A stretch of 49,127 nucleotides of DNA from Ionaspis alba. Taxonomy: Eukaryota. Position numbers and translations under genes: made by a program. The notes beneath the pieces were generated by a model. That model ran no database searches, was not told where the DNA came from, and worked only from the letters and a program-made list of their open reading frames with translations. This document shows positions 1-12,416 of the stretch, piece by piece (position 1 is the stretch's first letter; each line of letters starts with the position of its first letter). Where the stretch lies: NCBI GenBank assembly GCA_964255285.1, contig CAXUUL010000039.1, positions 1 to 49,127 on the forward strand, written 5' to 3'.

Positions 1-359
1 CGAACGGCGTGATCAAGAGACCGACAGACGTGTAGTTCACAGCTTGAGCTTGTTCCTTGTCAAGCTTTACAGCAATCGTGTTTCATAAAGTTTGCATCAT
101 CTACCGCAGCGTGACTCGTTGTAAGAAAATTGCCTTAAGCCAGAAAGGCGCAAGCCGCATTCCCTCCCATTCCGCACCGCCTGCATATCCCGCCAGACAT
201 CTCCAGCTTGTCCTTACCTGCCAACTTGGACAAAGTTGCATTGAGAGCATCCCGATGTGACCAGGTTCCCCATCTTTCTCTTGGATCTCAGACTGGGAGC
301 GAAGCGGCATAAACGCAAGACAGGTAGCCGCACCTACAGCCGTCCCTTCTTCCACGAAG

Positions 360-3300
360 ATGACACGCCCTTCCACTCCTCCCATTCTTTCCGAATTGCG
401 GAGCCCATCTTCGCCCGCCACTCAAGTCGCCGCTCTCAAAGCCTTAAAGAACGAGATCATCGGTCATGAACAGAAGAAAGAGATGTGGATCGGCTTGGGG
501 GTGGTAGCGCCTATTGCCCGTATACTCAATACTCATAGGTGGAGTGGAAAGAGACGACATCGAGATGTTAATGGCAACATAGAACATGTCGACTATGACA
601 GGCTTAGAACGGAGGACGAAGAGGCTCGGTTGCAGGCCATTATCATCGTCGGTAGCCTTGCCCATGGTAAGCCAGTGCTCATGATCATAGATAGTCCACA
701 CTCCTTCCACGACGTAGCACTGAAGCTGACATTCTCAACCCCAGGTGGTCCAGCATACATCCCTCCTTTGAACAACGGCTCTATCTTTCCACCACTACTC
801 TCCATTCTCTGTCCATCAGAATCACATCCGCAACTCGTTTTAGCAGCCTTAAGAGCTCTCAATGCGATCGCAGATTCTAGGCTACTGGAGAGATCAAACG
901 AGGACTCTGGGCAAGATGACTTTATGAGAGCGTTATACACAGACCTGCATCTTAGCAGCTTAGCACAGATACTAGACCAGTATCCACTCACACTTGTGGC
1001 CGAGCAGCAAATATCTCTTGCTGCAGCCTTGGTCACGAAAACATGTCGGGAAGAGACCCATCGGAAGACTCTGGCTCACTCCGGTGTCCTAGAAGCCCTT
1101 GCGACCAGGCTGGCGTCGTTCATTGTTGCCACAAGGAGTTCTAAACAGGTGTCATTAGGTTCAGATGCTTCAAATACTTGCAGCATCGCCCCAGCTACTA
1201 CAAGATCCAGGCTAGCGCCTATTCTTCATGCGATCGGGACCATCATCATCGGCTCTAAGTTGCGACGTTCTCAGTTTGCCCATGCTTCAGTCTTCTCGGA
1301 CCTCTTTCCTAAGACCGATGATGATTCTTCTTCGCGGCAACCAGCCGACTCGAGATCAAGCCTACGCGGTGTACCAAGTCAACCTTCCAACAAGCGTTTG
1401 CCTCCAATATGGGCCATGAGTTATCGAGAGTCTGTGGGTCAGGCGACGAGCTACGCACCAGCCGTTGTGGGACAGAAGCCACGATCGAATAGGGGATTTA
1501 GTTCGGCTCTAGAGATAACCCCTACGGAACTCTTCAACGGTTCTGAAGAAGATGAGACACCATTGGTAACGTGGCTCATCCACGTCGTTCGAGCAGAAAG
1601 CGGAGTTACGAGGCTTATGGCGTCTTGGGTCGTCATACTTCTCCACCGTTCTGGATTGACGAACAGGCGGAGAGATCAAGAATTTGCGCTTCTTTTGGTT
1701 CCGTTATTGGTTCGCATGATTGAGAACGAGTATAAAATGGACAATGACACACATCCATCCTATGACAACAGCCTACTAGAGCGACCTGACTGGACCGTTA
1801 AAGAACAGACGCCTAGCATTCTGGCAATGCTTGTAGTGGACAGTCTGGAACTGCAGAAGGCAGCTGTAGAGGCTGGAGCAATCAAAAAGCTATCACAATT
1901 ACTCAAGCAATCCTATGACCCTGTTTCGACCAATTCGTCCGCTTTCATGTGGTCGCCAAATCCATCCAATCCTGAGAATACGACTTTACGGGATGGTCCA
2001 AGTGCATGTCGACTTGGCCCGTCAGGCCTCTCACCTATAGCTCATCACGTGCTACAGATGCGGGAATCCGTGCTCATTGCCCTCGCTGCATTGGCAACCG
2101 CGAAAGATGAGTACAGGAAATCAATCATCGAGAACGGAGTCGTACCGTTCGTCATCGAGTCGCTGAAACCCCACAACATGGCGTCAGCAGACGGTGTCGT
2201 CGAGGCAGGTGTTCCTGTGGGTAAGACCAGTGTAACTGGCAATCCTACAAAGGTTTTGCTTGCTGCATGCGGCACGTCGAGAGCACTGTCCAGGTCTGTG
2301 AGCACTCTCAGGACGAGTCTTATCGATGCTGGTCTTGCTGCGCCATTGTATACTCTACTAAGACACGAAGACATTGAAGTACAAATTGCTGCGACTGCCG
2401 TCATCTGTAATCTCGTCTTAGAATTCAGTCCCATGAGAGAAGTACGTCGAGAAGCCCTGGTTTCTTATCTTGCTACCCTTGTTGACATATTTCTTAGGCC
2501 ATCGTCGAGGCAGGAATCATCAAGGTCCTCTGTGAACATGCACACTCCTTCAATGCCGAACTTCGATTGAACTCGGTATGGGCACTGAAACATCTTGTAC
2601 ACACCGCTCCGAATTCCGTGAAGATGAATTGTCTAGAGGAGCTCGGACCTGGCTGGTTGAAGCAGATCATCTGCAGCGACACGGAGGACCTGTCATCGTT
2701 GGCTACTCGAAGCGTGGACCGTGAGATGAGCGGAGCGACGTCAATAGCAATGGGCACTCCTAATGCCGCCGGTGAGCAAGTCGACCTTCTCAATGCAGTC
2801 GAAGAATCGAATAATTCCGCCCACGCGGCAGATATGATCGACGACGATGATGACGATGAAGTCAACATGATCGACAGCATCGGTGCTCTTAGCAAACCGT
2901 CCTCTTCCTCCCCACCGAGAACTAATCGGCCTTCCCCTTCCGACAGCAATAGACATGCGAACACTCCTCCTGAGACAGACAGCGAAACTCTCGCACAAGC
3001 TCGGCGCGACGACCTTGCCGTTCAGGAACAAGGCCTCGATTTCATACGTAATCTGATCTGCGGGGAAGGCTCTGCCGAAATGATCGACTACATCTTCCGT
3101 GAGCTCGGCCAGGACAAAGTCTTCGATCTTCTAGCCTCGAAATTACGACCCAAGACCATCGATGCTTTTGCCCGCGACCGTCGCTCCGGTGTTGGCAGCG
3201 GCAGCAGTAACGGTGCCGGCCAAGGTGTGAAGCATATCCCGCCACAGCCCGAAATCGTCACCTCCGTCCTTTACATCCTCGTGCACCTTGCTGCCAGCGA

Positions 3301-3589
3301 GCCGCGGCATCGGCAATTGCTGATTGCGCAGTCGGAACTGCTTAAGCTGATGATACCGCTTTTTGCGCATCCAGATACCGGTATCAGGGGTTGTTGTGCG
3401 TGGGTGATCATCAATTTAACTTGGATGGATGATCAGAACGATAAGCTTCATGCCAGGTCGCGGGCGTATGAGTTGCGGAAGTTGGGCGTGCTCGAGAGGT
3501 TGGAGGCTTTGGACAAGCCGGATGAGATCTTGGACGTTCGAGAGCGGGCAAAGACGGCGCTGCATCAGATGGGAGAGCTGTTGAGGTAG
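360..3589 (+). CDS. VID28: Armadillo-repeat protein, Vid28/Gid5/ARMC8-like (GID/CTLH E3 ligase subunit); introns ~667-744 and ~2442-2497
   Basis: ORFs 360-2570 and 2567-3589 join through GTACGT(2442)..TTAG(2497), giving ...LEFSPMRE|AIVEAGIIKVLCEHAHS..LRLNSVWALKHL. An in-frame 78-nt intron GTAAGC(667)..CCAG(744) is also present. The motifs ALKALKNEIIGHEQKKE, RALSRSVSTLRTSL, CNLVLEFSPM and QEQGLDFIRNL match fungal ARMC8/Vid28 proteins as I recall them. Confidence 0.8.
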
Positions 3590-4076
3590 ATTTGGAGCGG
3601 GGTGGATGATGGTCTGAGGTGCCGTGTATGTATGTAGATTAGCGTTCTAATCATGATCAGTGGTAGCGTAACAGTGTCAACGGTCCTTCGGTCTACGGAG
3701 TTCACTTACAGAGACGAGCGAGGTCTATTTGACTTGAGCCCAGCTCCAGTATAACAAACTCCAAGCGAATCACGGATGCAGGCCAGTGAAATCGGAAATG
3801 GTCCAACGGAGTCTAAACACCCAAGTCACGAATACGCTCTATACTTTACCAAAGGAGTGGTCTTACAAGATGAAGATTAACGTGTTCAATAAATCGTGCA
3901 CCCCATGAATTCCAATCCTCAGCTTCCCCCAAACTTAACGACGTTATTAGCATTCGATTTGTCTGCACGTTTTATTTTACATAGGACACCTTATTAGGTC
4001 TACCATTATATATCCTGAAATCATCAAAGCACTATTGCCCGATCTGGTTCCCTACATTTCTATAATCTTGTCCAAT

Positions 4077-5921
4077 CTACGACGTCCGACCGGGCGGTGA
4101 TCCAGAGACGGTCGATTCCGACGTCGCTGCCACAACCGCAGCGCCCGGAGACCCATTCGATAAACCCTCCTTCACCCGTTCATTGACCGGCTCACAGTTC
4201 CCCGAGTCGCGCAGCCCAGCGTCATAGGACGTGGTCGATGTCTCCGAGTTACCCTGACTTCTTGAGTCCCTTGGATGGATGGCTGATCCCCCGATCCTGA
4301 AGATTGGTCTTGGAGGTACATTGCTTAGGACGGGTACATCAGTCCTGTCGGTGCGACGACGGATACGTTGACGCAGCTCGTGCTCTTCGGTACTGAAGTA
4401 CTCGCGAATGTGGAAGGGTTCGGGCTCATCGACGTCACGCGATTGGGATTCAATGGCGTTGGAGATGGTACGTGGCAGGTTGTAACCTAATTTGCCAAGA
4501 GGGACACTGAGGCCGTGTACGACCTGTAGGGAGAGAGATGAACCTAAACTTTAGGGGATGCTCTTGCAGGAAATGGAACTTACGATTGAGCAGATTGCGA
4601 GGAACCAAATAGTGACTGTCATCACCTCTATCAAGGTCGAGGCGTCTTCTCGTAGAACATGATCGACTTTGACTTCGCGAAGGAACTCGAGACTGATGTA
4701 TAGGTAGAATACTGCGCTGACGCCGATTGGACCAAAGAAGCCCACGAAGAGCGCCTGTTGCTTTTCTTCGATTTGATGAATCTTCCAGTGCATGGCGTAG
4801 ACGACTGGTAAGCGTCGGAGGAGTAGAACCAGGATGCCGAGGAATATCAGACGATAGATGGAAATGACCTGGTTATGGACAAAGAGTGTCCATGGGCATA
4901 CAGCGCCAAACCACATGAAAATCGAGAGATTGAGGAGCATGTCGATCGTTGGCTGCAAAGAATCATCGACTGTTTCCAGTCTGAACCAATCATCGATCGT
5001 GAAAATATTGCCAGCGACGAAGCATGCCAGGACATCGTCGCTCCCTATCATACCACAGGTACCGACGATGAAGAGCGCGAGTGTGATTGCGAAAACCAAA
5101 AAGCTCTCGCGGTCCACGAATTTCTTCTCTTCGGCATAGTGAAGCAGTTCCTTGGCAGTCCAGCCGATCACGGCACCATAAAGAACACTTAGGATGATCG
5201 TGTATCCCCAAGTCTCAGCAAACCACAGGCCAATAGCAGCTCTCGCACCACCACTGTAACCAGCACCGCCATGACCAGTGTATTTGATCAAGTACAATGC
5301 AAGAAATAGAAATGGATATCCCAAGCCGTCGTTGGCACCTGATTCGGCAATGATGATCTTTTGCAAATCCTTAGGGATGTTCTTGTCCGCAAACTTTCCT
5401 TTGACAATCGAGTTCGATAGAACAGGATCAGTCGGAGTCACGCAAGCGCCAACGGCCAAAGCATGTAGGAACGGGAGGTTGGGCACCAGGCCCCAGGCAA
5501 GAAGACTACTACTGATCCACATGACTGTCATCCCAGGCCCAAGGAGAAGGGCCAGGCTCTTCCATTCTCGAAATAGGTATTTGCTGGGAAGCTGGACACC
5601 CGCAAGCACAAGTTGCACGCCCAGGACGAGACGAGAGAAGTACAGAGTGATGGCTGCTAGGTTATCTTCAGAGCCCACGGCATAATCCAGTGGCTTGATA
5701 AAATTGGTGGCATGCGGAGAGAAGGTGACTCCAGCAAGTAAAGAGATGACTGTTTGCTCTTAACATTTACTATGTCGAATGGAGGCCATCGAAGACAGCT
5801 TACGAGCTTCGGAGAGAAAGAGGCGCTCCTTGAAAAGATAGGATACGAGACCAAACAAGGTGATGAAGCCTCCAAGGATTGCGCAAACCACGTTGAAATT
5901 GGTTATCGCAAGAGTGGGCAT
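4077..5921 (-). CDS. Na+(K+)/H+ antiporter, CPA1 Nha1/Sod2 family; introns ~5750-5803 and ~4524-4583
   Basis: ATG at 5921 (MPTLAITNFNVVC..LFKERLFLSEA|LISLLAGV). Family motifs TPTDPVLS, ESGANDGLGYPF, GSDD, LRRLP, FFGPIGV and SI|VVHGLS. The last exon reads open for 149 codons to TAG at 4077-4079. Confidence 0.93.
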
Positions 5922-6713
5922 ATTGAAGGACGATCGCGAGAGTCTCGAGTGCCAGTCAGGCAAAGGCTATATGTTAGCTAACGCTCGAGGTATGCCTCAT
6001 AGGTACCCCCACGGGAGGTCTGATATTCGAGAACGAGGCTGTCGCTATTATTGGATCGTGGAACGAAGGACCAAGCCAAACCAGGACGGACGTAAAGAGG
6101 ATTGAGCCTGCCACTTTGATTGTTTTCGAAAAGCTATGGGATAAGTACAACGTATTTGGGAAGTAGAATAAGAATCAGTGTGATAAGGAATTGAACAGGA
6201 GAACGTCACAGTCGTTGGCCAACAAATACCAAGGCACGGCCAAGCCACTAAGGTATCAACCTCAGGTTCCTCAGGCACATCGTACATGTTCAACAAGTTT
6301 CGTATTTCCACTTCTGATAGTATGCAAAGTTCCAGAAACGTACCAGAGAGCTTACAGATAGGTCTTCGAGAAGTGGAGGATATAAATTACGATCGGTCCT
6401 TGCGGTGCATGCAAAGTCAGCAGACGCAACCCGTACGAACAGTGGTCAAATCTTGGCTGTTCAAGGTTCTTGGAGACAGCATCAATCAGAAACAACGTAT
6501 GCAGCTTACAATCTAGTAACAATAGACCTTGTATTACATATTACCAATACTTGTCCTGCAGATATGTGAAGACAAACGTTGCGCATACAAAAATCTAGAG
6601 GCACCAAGATTGAAGTCCTAACCCTCAGTATATCACTACCCATGGCTTGCATACAAGATTTACAACCCATTCAAACTATGTTATAGAAGTACAGCAGCCC
6701 ATGTAACGCATCT

Positions 6714-9028
6714 CTAGAACCAATCTCTCGTTTCCAATTTCTCCTTGAGTCTTTGAGGGTCGTTCTCGCCCCTCGGCCCAAGATACCGGTGAACCTTCCT
6801 GTCTACTCCAATTTTCACATCCATGTCAAATAAATGATTTGTGTTCGCTTCTCGGAGTAGGAACAAGCCCTTCACCATAATACCATTGTTCCGCGCAAGA
6901 GCGTAGGCGCTAAGATGTGGTCCAATTAATTCCGCAATTCTAATTGCGAGTTGAGCTGGCTCCCAGTAGTGCCGTAATGCTTCAGCCCATTGGCTCACAT
7001 TGTCCAACTCCGCGTCTTCTTCTGGAAAAGAAGCCAGTGCTTCTTCATAGATTGCGGCTACCGCTGCAGTATCCCCTTTGTGCCGGCCTTCCCATAGAGA
7101 CCGGATCTGGTCACTTCGACTGCGTCCCTTGTAATACGTGAGGATCCAGAAGGCGCTTGTGAGGTGGGTCAGACGATGGTAGTTGCTGAGGAAGGAGAAA
7201 TCCTCTTGCATCGAAGGCGATGGTTGTTGGAGGATGGGAGCACCGTAGAACCCGCAGAATTTGAGCTGGGTGATCGTTGGGGCCTGGCTCTGTGCAAGCA
7301 TCAGAAGGAACGGAGGCTGTCTTTGTTCCCTCATAGAGAGGGTCTGGACCTCGTCCGACTGGGTTTCTGGAGAATCAGTTGCTATGATATCCCACTTGAG
7401 CTGCTCTTGCACATCAAATTGATTAAGATAGAGGTCCTTTCGGTGCCGTTGGTGAAGGTTCCCCCAGAAAAACTTGACAGGGAACAGTAAGCCGATGATG
7501 ACAACTTTGCACAGCGGGCTGGCATGTAATGCTCGGAATAGGGCATCTGTGATCTGATACGGAATACTACCTTCTATTTTGATGCTTTGAAGCGACGTCA
7601 GGAATGGAGCGACCTTCGTTACAAATTCCTTTAGCTTTGTCCAAGCGTAAGGAGTAAGAATGTCAGCCGCGTCCGAGTTGGTATGGATGATTGGACTGTC
7701 GATTCTAATCTGCTTCAGTCCCTGACAGACTTGGGAGACGATTGAGCATTCTCGAGACGTGATGGCTCTGTTGTCTGGTAAGAAGTGCTGCATAGGCCAG
7801 GCCAAGCATTGGATTTTGGGATGGCGGTTGAGGAATGCCAGCCAGAGCGGACTGAAGAGATACCAGTCGATCATTTGAGGTAATTGAGCATCGTCCAAGA
7901 CTGCATTTCGTACCTGAAAAGCTTTCAGATGCGGGAAGGTCAAGCCAGCGATTGCCCTGACCGTGGCTGTTTGATCAATCACCCAGTCTAAGGTGAGGGA
8001 CGTCAGAGTGGAAGAACTGGCAGATAGAAGATCCTCGAGGGCGGCGCTCGCCGCTGATCCTGAGAGATCAGCCGGAAAATGCTCGGTATGCTTGTCCTTT
8101 GATTCTGCGGAGCCCGAACTTGCACAGATTCGAAGATCTCCTGGCAGATCTTCTGGCAGATTCCTGTAAATCGACGCTTCCAATTCGTAACACGCTTGTG
8201 GGGATTCATCCGGTGGCCTAGAAGCGGATCGGTCAATTGTATAGTCGTAGGTCCCGTCCTTGTACACTGTGGTGGTTCTCCTGGCAAGTGCAAAGAAGCC
8301 ACCTTCATCGGCCGATTTCAAGTCGTGAATGCCAATTCTCATTCTTCTACACCGGATAGTTTCAAGTCCGGGACCAGAAAATGAGGTCCCCACAAGATTG
8401 GAAAGGGAGCAGCTTTCAACCCACAGACGCTTGACATGACAAGGCTGCTGTCGGTGGTGGCCAAAGAATCCTTGCAGCAGCTCTTTGACTATGGTTTGGT
8501 GACCAAGAATCAATCGAACCGTGGTAACATTCGTCATGTTTTTGATGGCGCGCCTTATTAGGCCTTTCGTGTTTGGATGCATCGAGAACGTGCTATTGTT
8601 GTACGCCATCCCAGAAGCAACATCCTCCCAGGGATCGGGTAGATGTTGATGACATCGATGAGACAGTTCTTGTACATACGAAGCCAGAATAGGATTCTTG
8701 ACGAAATGAATAAGCATTAGTATCAACGGTGTGTCATCATGGTCGTCATTGGTGATCTCATTCCGACGATCCACGAGCTCTATAGAACGGTAGAGTAGCG
8801 GGGTTGCTGACTTGTGCAAAGTCCGGGAAGCCTGAGAAATATGGTATTTGGACCCAGTAGAAAGGTCTCCAATGATAAGGTCTTTGATTTCTCGAGGCAG
8901 TGACTCAAGCTGCTCTTGTTCTCAGCTTGTGTATCTTTCTGGTTGCCAGACCAGCAGACTTCTACACCTTTCCTGGTGCTGTCGTGCCCTGCAATCAGAA
9001 CACATGGAGGACGTACCGGAGAAAGCAT
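6714..9028 (-). CDS. F-box domain protein with an LRR/RNI-like C-terminal region; probable 12-nt first exon and intron ~8910-9016
   Basis: The 701-aa ORF extends upstream in frame to LESLPREIKDLIIGDL..ISQASRTLHKSATPLLYRSIEL, an F-box consensus. A stop just upstream is bypassed by ATGCTTTCTCCG|GTACGT..GAGCAG|CTTGAG. LRR-like segments include LTSLTL, LKAFQV and LQSIKIEG. Confidence 0.75.
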
Positions 9029-9437
9029 GATGAAGACGTCCACAAGAGCTTCAACAACATTAGGATATCAGAACAACACAAGGATTTGCTAACACCTTAA
9101 GGCAGTCCCGGCGGCTCACCTCCGAACGAGGGGAAGCATTGGTCACTCCTCTACCTCCGTAGCACTGAAATAGTAGGGCTTTGGTGACACCGGCTCCCTC
9201 GGCTATGATGGGTCAAACGACAGTCCCGGCGTCCCGCCCACTGATATGCTAGCCCTGCAAGGTAAGCGCCAGGAGACAGTCGGCGAGAGTTTTCCCCGCT
9301 ATCGACGCGCCGCATCTCAGCTGAACGAAGCAAAAATCTAGACGACAACCGTCTCTAGTTACCATTGTTAGTCCTGCATTGTCTAGCCATTGGAAACTCT
9401 TGTTCATGTCTGTTTCTAGTTTCCTTCGCTGCAAGTC

Positions 9438-11896
9438 ATGTCGCTATCAGTAAGAGATCCTCGTGGAGGAAGAAGCCATTCCAGATCGAGAGAGAGATCA
9501 CGTTCGCGCAGCAGAGCCCCTTCGCCTCCTAAGCCGCCCCCCGTGAAGACCAGGAAGTATTACGAGTCGGATTCGGCCAGCTCGAGCGATAGCGACAGCG
9601 ACCATGATCCCCGGTCCTCCAAACGCAAACAAGAGCAACAACGACACGAAGAAGCGAGACACCGGCGTGCCTCCTCCCCTCCCCATCATGCTCCCGGTGC
9701 TGCCTATGTTCACAATTATGAGCCCAAATGGATAGCGGAACATCACCCCGAGTCTGAAAGGCAAGCACAATACGCAAGGCACGCGAGCTACAGCAGACCC
9801 AACGAACAACCTCCTCAGCCGCTTCCCGGGCAATACAAGTGGGAATACGACCATCCCGACAGTCATGACAGAACCTTTCGCCCTCCGCCATCTCCCAAAC
9901 CGGAGCATGTCAGACACATGTCCATCAACACCTCTGGAAGCGTCCATGCCGAGATAGGTCATGGTCATCCACAGCATCAACAATACGCAGAACCGCCCTC
10001 TCCGAAATACGCCTATCATCCGGCCTCTCCTAGTTACGCCCAGTATCCCTCTTATGACTATTCTCATGCGGCCCCGCCAAATCATTCGGCCACGGCTCAC
10101 CCGGAAACACAGCGACCTCATGCTATTTCAGTCTCAGCCGGTCGCCAACAGTATGCTAATGTGGAGAAGTACAAATATGCTACCCCACCAGCAGAGATCA
10201 AATATGTTGCTAAACCCGCCGAACCTCATAAGCAGCATTACATCGCAAGTCCTCACGCACAAATCGAGATCGAGACAAGGCGGTCCTCCCGTGCACACGG
10301 ACAAGAGAATGACCACAATCACAAGGAGCACTATGTGACAGCTCCCCATGCACAAATCGAAATAGAGACAAGAAGACCTTCTCATACCCACGGACGTGAA
10401 GATGAGTCCAAAACTCATTATATTACCGCGTCCCCACATGCGGACATTGAAATTGAAACCAGAAGACCGTCGTCCCACCTACCCGAGCACGAAAGACGTA
10501 AATACTCCATCTCACACGGCTCTCATGCTCAGGTCGTCGAGATACATCCTGGCGGACGATCATCCCATGCTCCTCCGTCTCCTGGCCTAGGTCCTCGTAT
10601 GCACAGGCTCTCGGTGACCGGTGGTGCTGCAGGAGCAGGAGCACTCTCTCTGGCCGCTCCGAGTCTTGGGCATAATCATCATCAAGGAGCTCTACCGCCG
10701 GGATCCCCATTGCTGGAAAGCTACCATGGAACATGGTCTCAGATTGGAGACATGCCTTCACCAATGATGTTAGGATCTAACATAGATGATGAATTGTCCG
10801 ACCTCGAGCCTCTAGAACCCGTCTATTCCTCCGATGACTCGCGTCACCACCGTCCCCAAAAATCGATACTCAAAAAGCGTGTGTCAATCTACGATCCAGA
10901 ACCCGATGCTCTTGCCCTTGCTGCAGCCCTCAAACACTCCAAGCCTGAATCCGGACCCATCATCCACATCCTCCCCGCTCTTTCGGACGACCATATCATG
11001 GCCCTGCGGACTGAATACAAGAAGCACATCAAGGTTGGCGGTAAAGGCATCAACATCGCCAAGCACATCAAGCTCAAAGTCCCTGGCAACCTAGGCAAAA
11101 TTGCTTACGCAACAGCTCTAGGCCGTTGGGAGAGCGAAGCCCATTGGGCTAACTTTTGGTACCAATCGGGAACGTCTAGGCGAGAGCTACTGATCGAGAG
11201 TTTGATGGGACGGACGAATGCGGAAATTCGTGCTATAAAGGCGGCGTTCAGCGATAAGCGGTATAACGACTCGCTGGAGAAGTGCATGGAAGCTGAACTC
11301 AAAAAGGACAAGTTCCGCCGAGCTGTGCTATTGGCTCTCGACGAGAAGAGAATGGAAGAGAAGACGCCTCTGTCGAAGTCGCTCATCAAGCAGGATGTTA
11401 GCGATCTTTACAAAGCACTGGTAGCGAAAGAGGGAGGCGAGACGGCCATGATCGATATCATCGTGGTTCGAAGCGACAGTCATTTGCGAGAAGTGCTGAA
11501 GGAGTTCGAGGCAAGGTATCGGAAAAACTTCGCAAAAGAGATGCTCGTCAAGAGCAGGAACCTTGTGGTATGTCTGCCTGTTCTCTTCTCTGAGCTTTCA
11601 TGATCCACTAACACTTCTCACAGGGTGAAACACTCGCCCACGTCTTCAACGGTGTTCTCAATCGGCCAGTCAGAGATGCTATGCTACTGCACCAGGCTCT
11701 CGGCGAGACGTCCAAAGATCGTACTGAGCTGCTTATCTCGCGACTTGTGCGGTATCATTGGGAGCCGAAACATCTGGATCACATCAAAGTGGAATATAAG
11801 CGCAAGTATGGGAAGTCGTTGGAGAAGGACATCAGGGACGAGACGAAGGGTGAATTTGGAGAGTTTTGCGAGAGGTTGTTGGATGGCCCACGATGA
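9438..11896 (+). CDS. ANXC4: Fungal annexin ANXC4-type with a long disordered N-terminus; intron 11568-11623
   Basis: C-terminal annexin repeats: YDPEPDA..L, LRTEYKK, ELLIESLMGRTNAEIRAIK, GGETAMIDIIVVRSDSHLREV, KSRNLV|GETLAH, YGKSLEKDIRDETKGEFGEFC. The intron GTATGT..CTAAC..CACAG restores the frame. Confidence 0.88.
10236..10466 (+). repeat. Three intragenic peptide repeats HY(I/V)x(2-3)PHA(Q/D)IEIETRR in the annexin N-terminus
   Basis: HYIASPHAQIEIETRR, HYVTAPHAQIEIETRR and HYITASPHADIEIETRR, read directly from the ORF at ~30-aa spacing. Confidence 0.9.
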
Positions 11897-12416
11897 GTGA
11901 GTGGACTTGAATCTGGCACCTTAAACCCGGCTTAAGGATTGAGGTTTTTGGATATCGTTGCAAGGTTGAATTCTGGGAGAAATGAGAAGGAGTGGTATCA
12001 CGAGATGTATACTAATCGGGTCGAATGCATAGCAGGAAAAAGTCACCCGATATCGAACAATCTGTGCTCATGAATGAAATTACCACTACAGCTATCACCA
12101 TGCTTAGCCTAAACTCTACAATCCAGGACAAATAAACGAACAAAACATTCCACTCTTACCATCAAGCTTTCCAGACACAACTCTTTCTCCTTCTCAACCC
12201 ACTCTTCACTATCGTGCACGATGCTGGCAACACTCACCGGAGTAGAAAAGAAGTAACAAGTGAAATCGTTTCCGCAGAGTAAGGGGGTATGAAACAAACA
12301 GACCTCAAACAGAAAAGCAAGGGGGAATATCATCCACACAACCACATTCATCTGCAAACTGACATGCCGTCGTCCGCTGCCATCTTCCCCTCTTCCTTTC
12401 TCCCTTCCCTCCTCTC

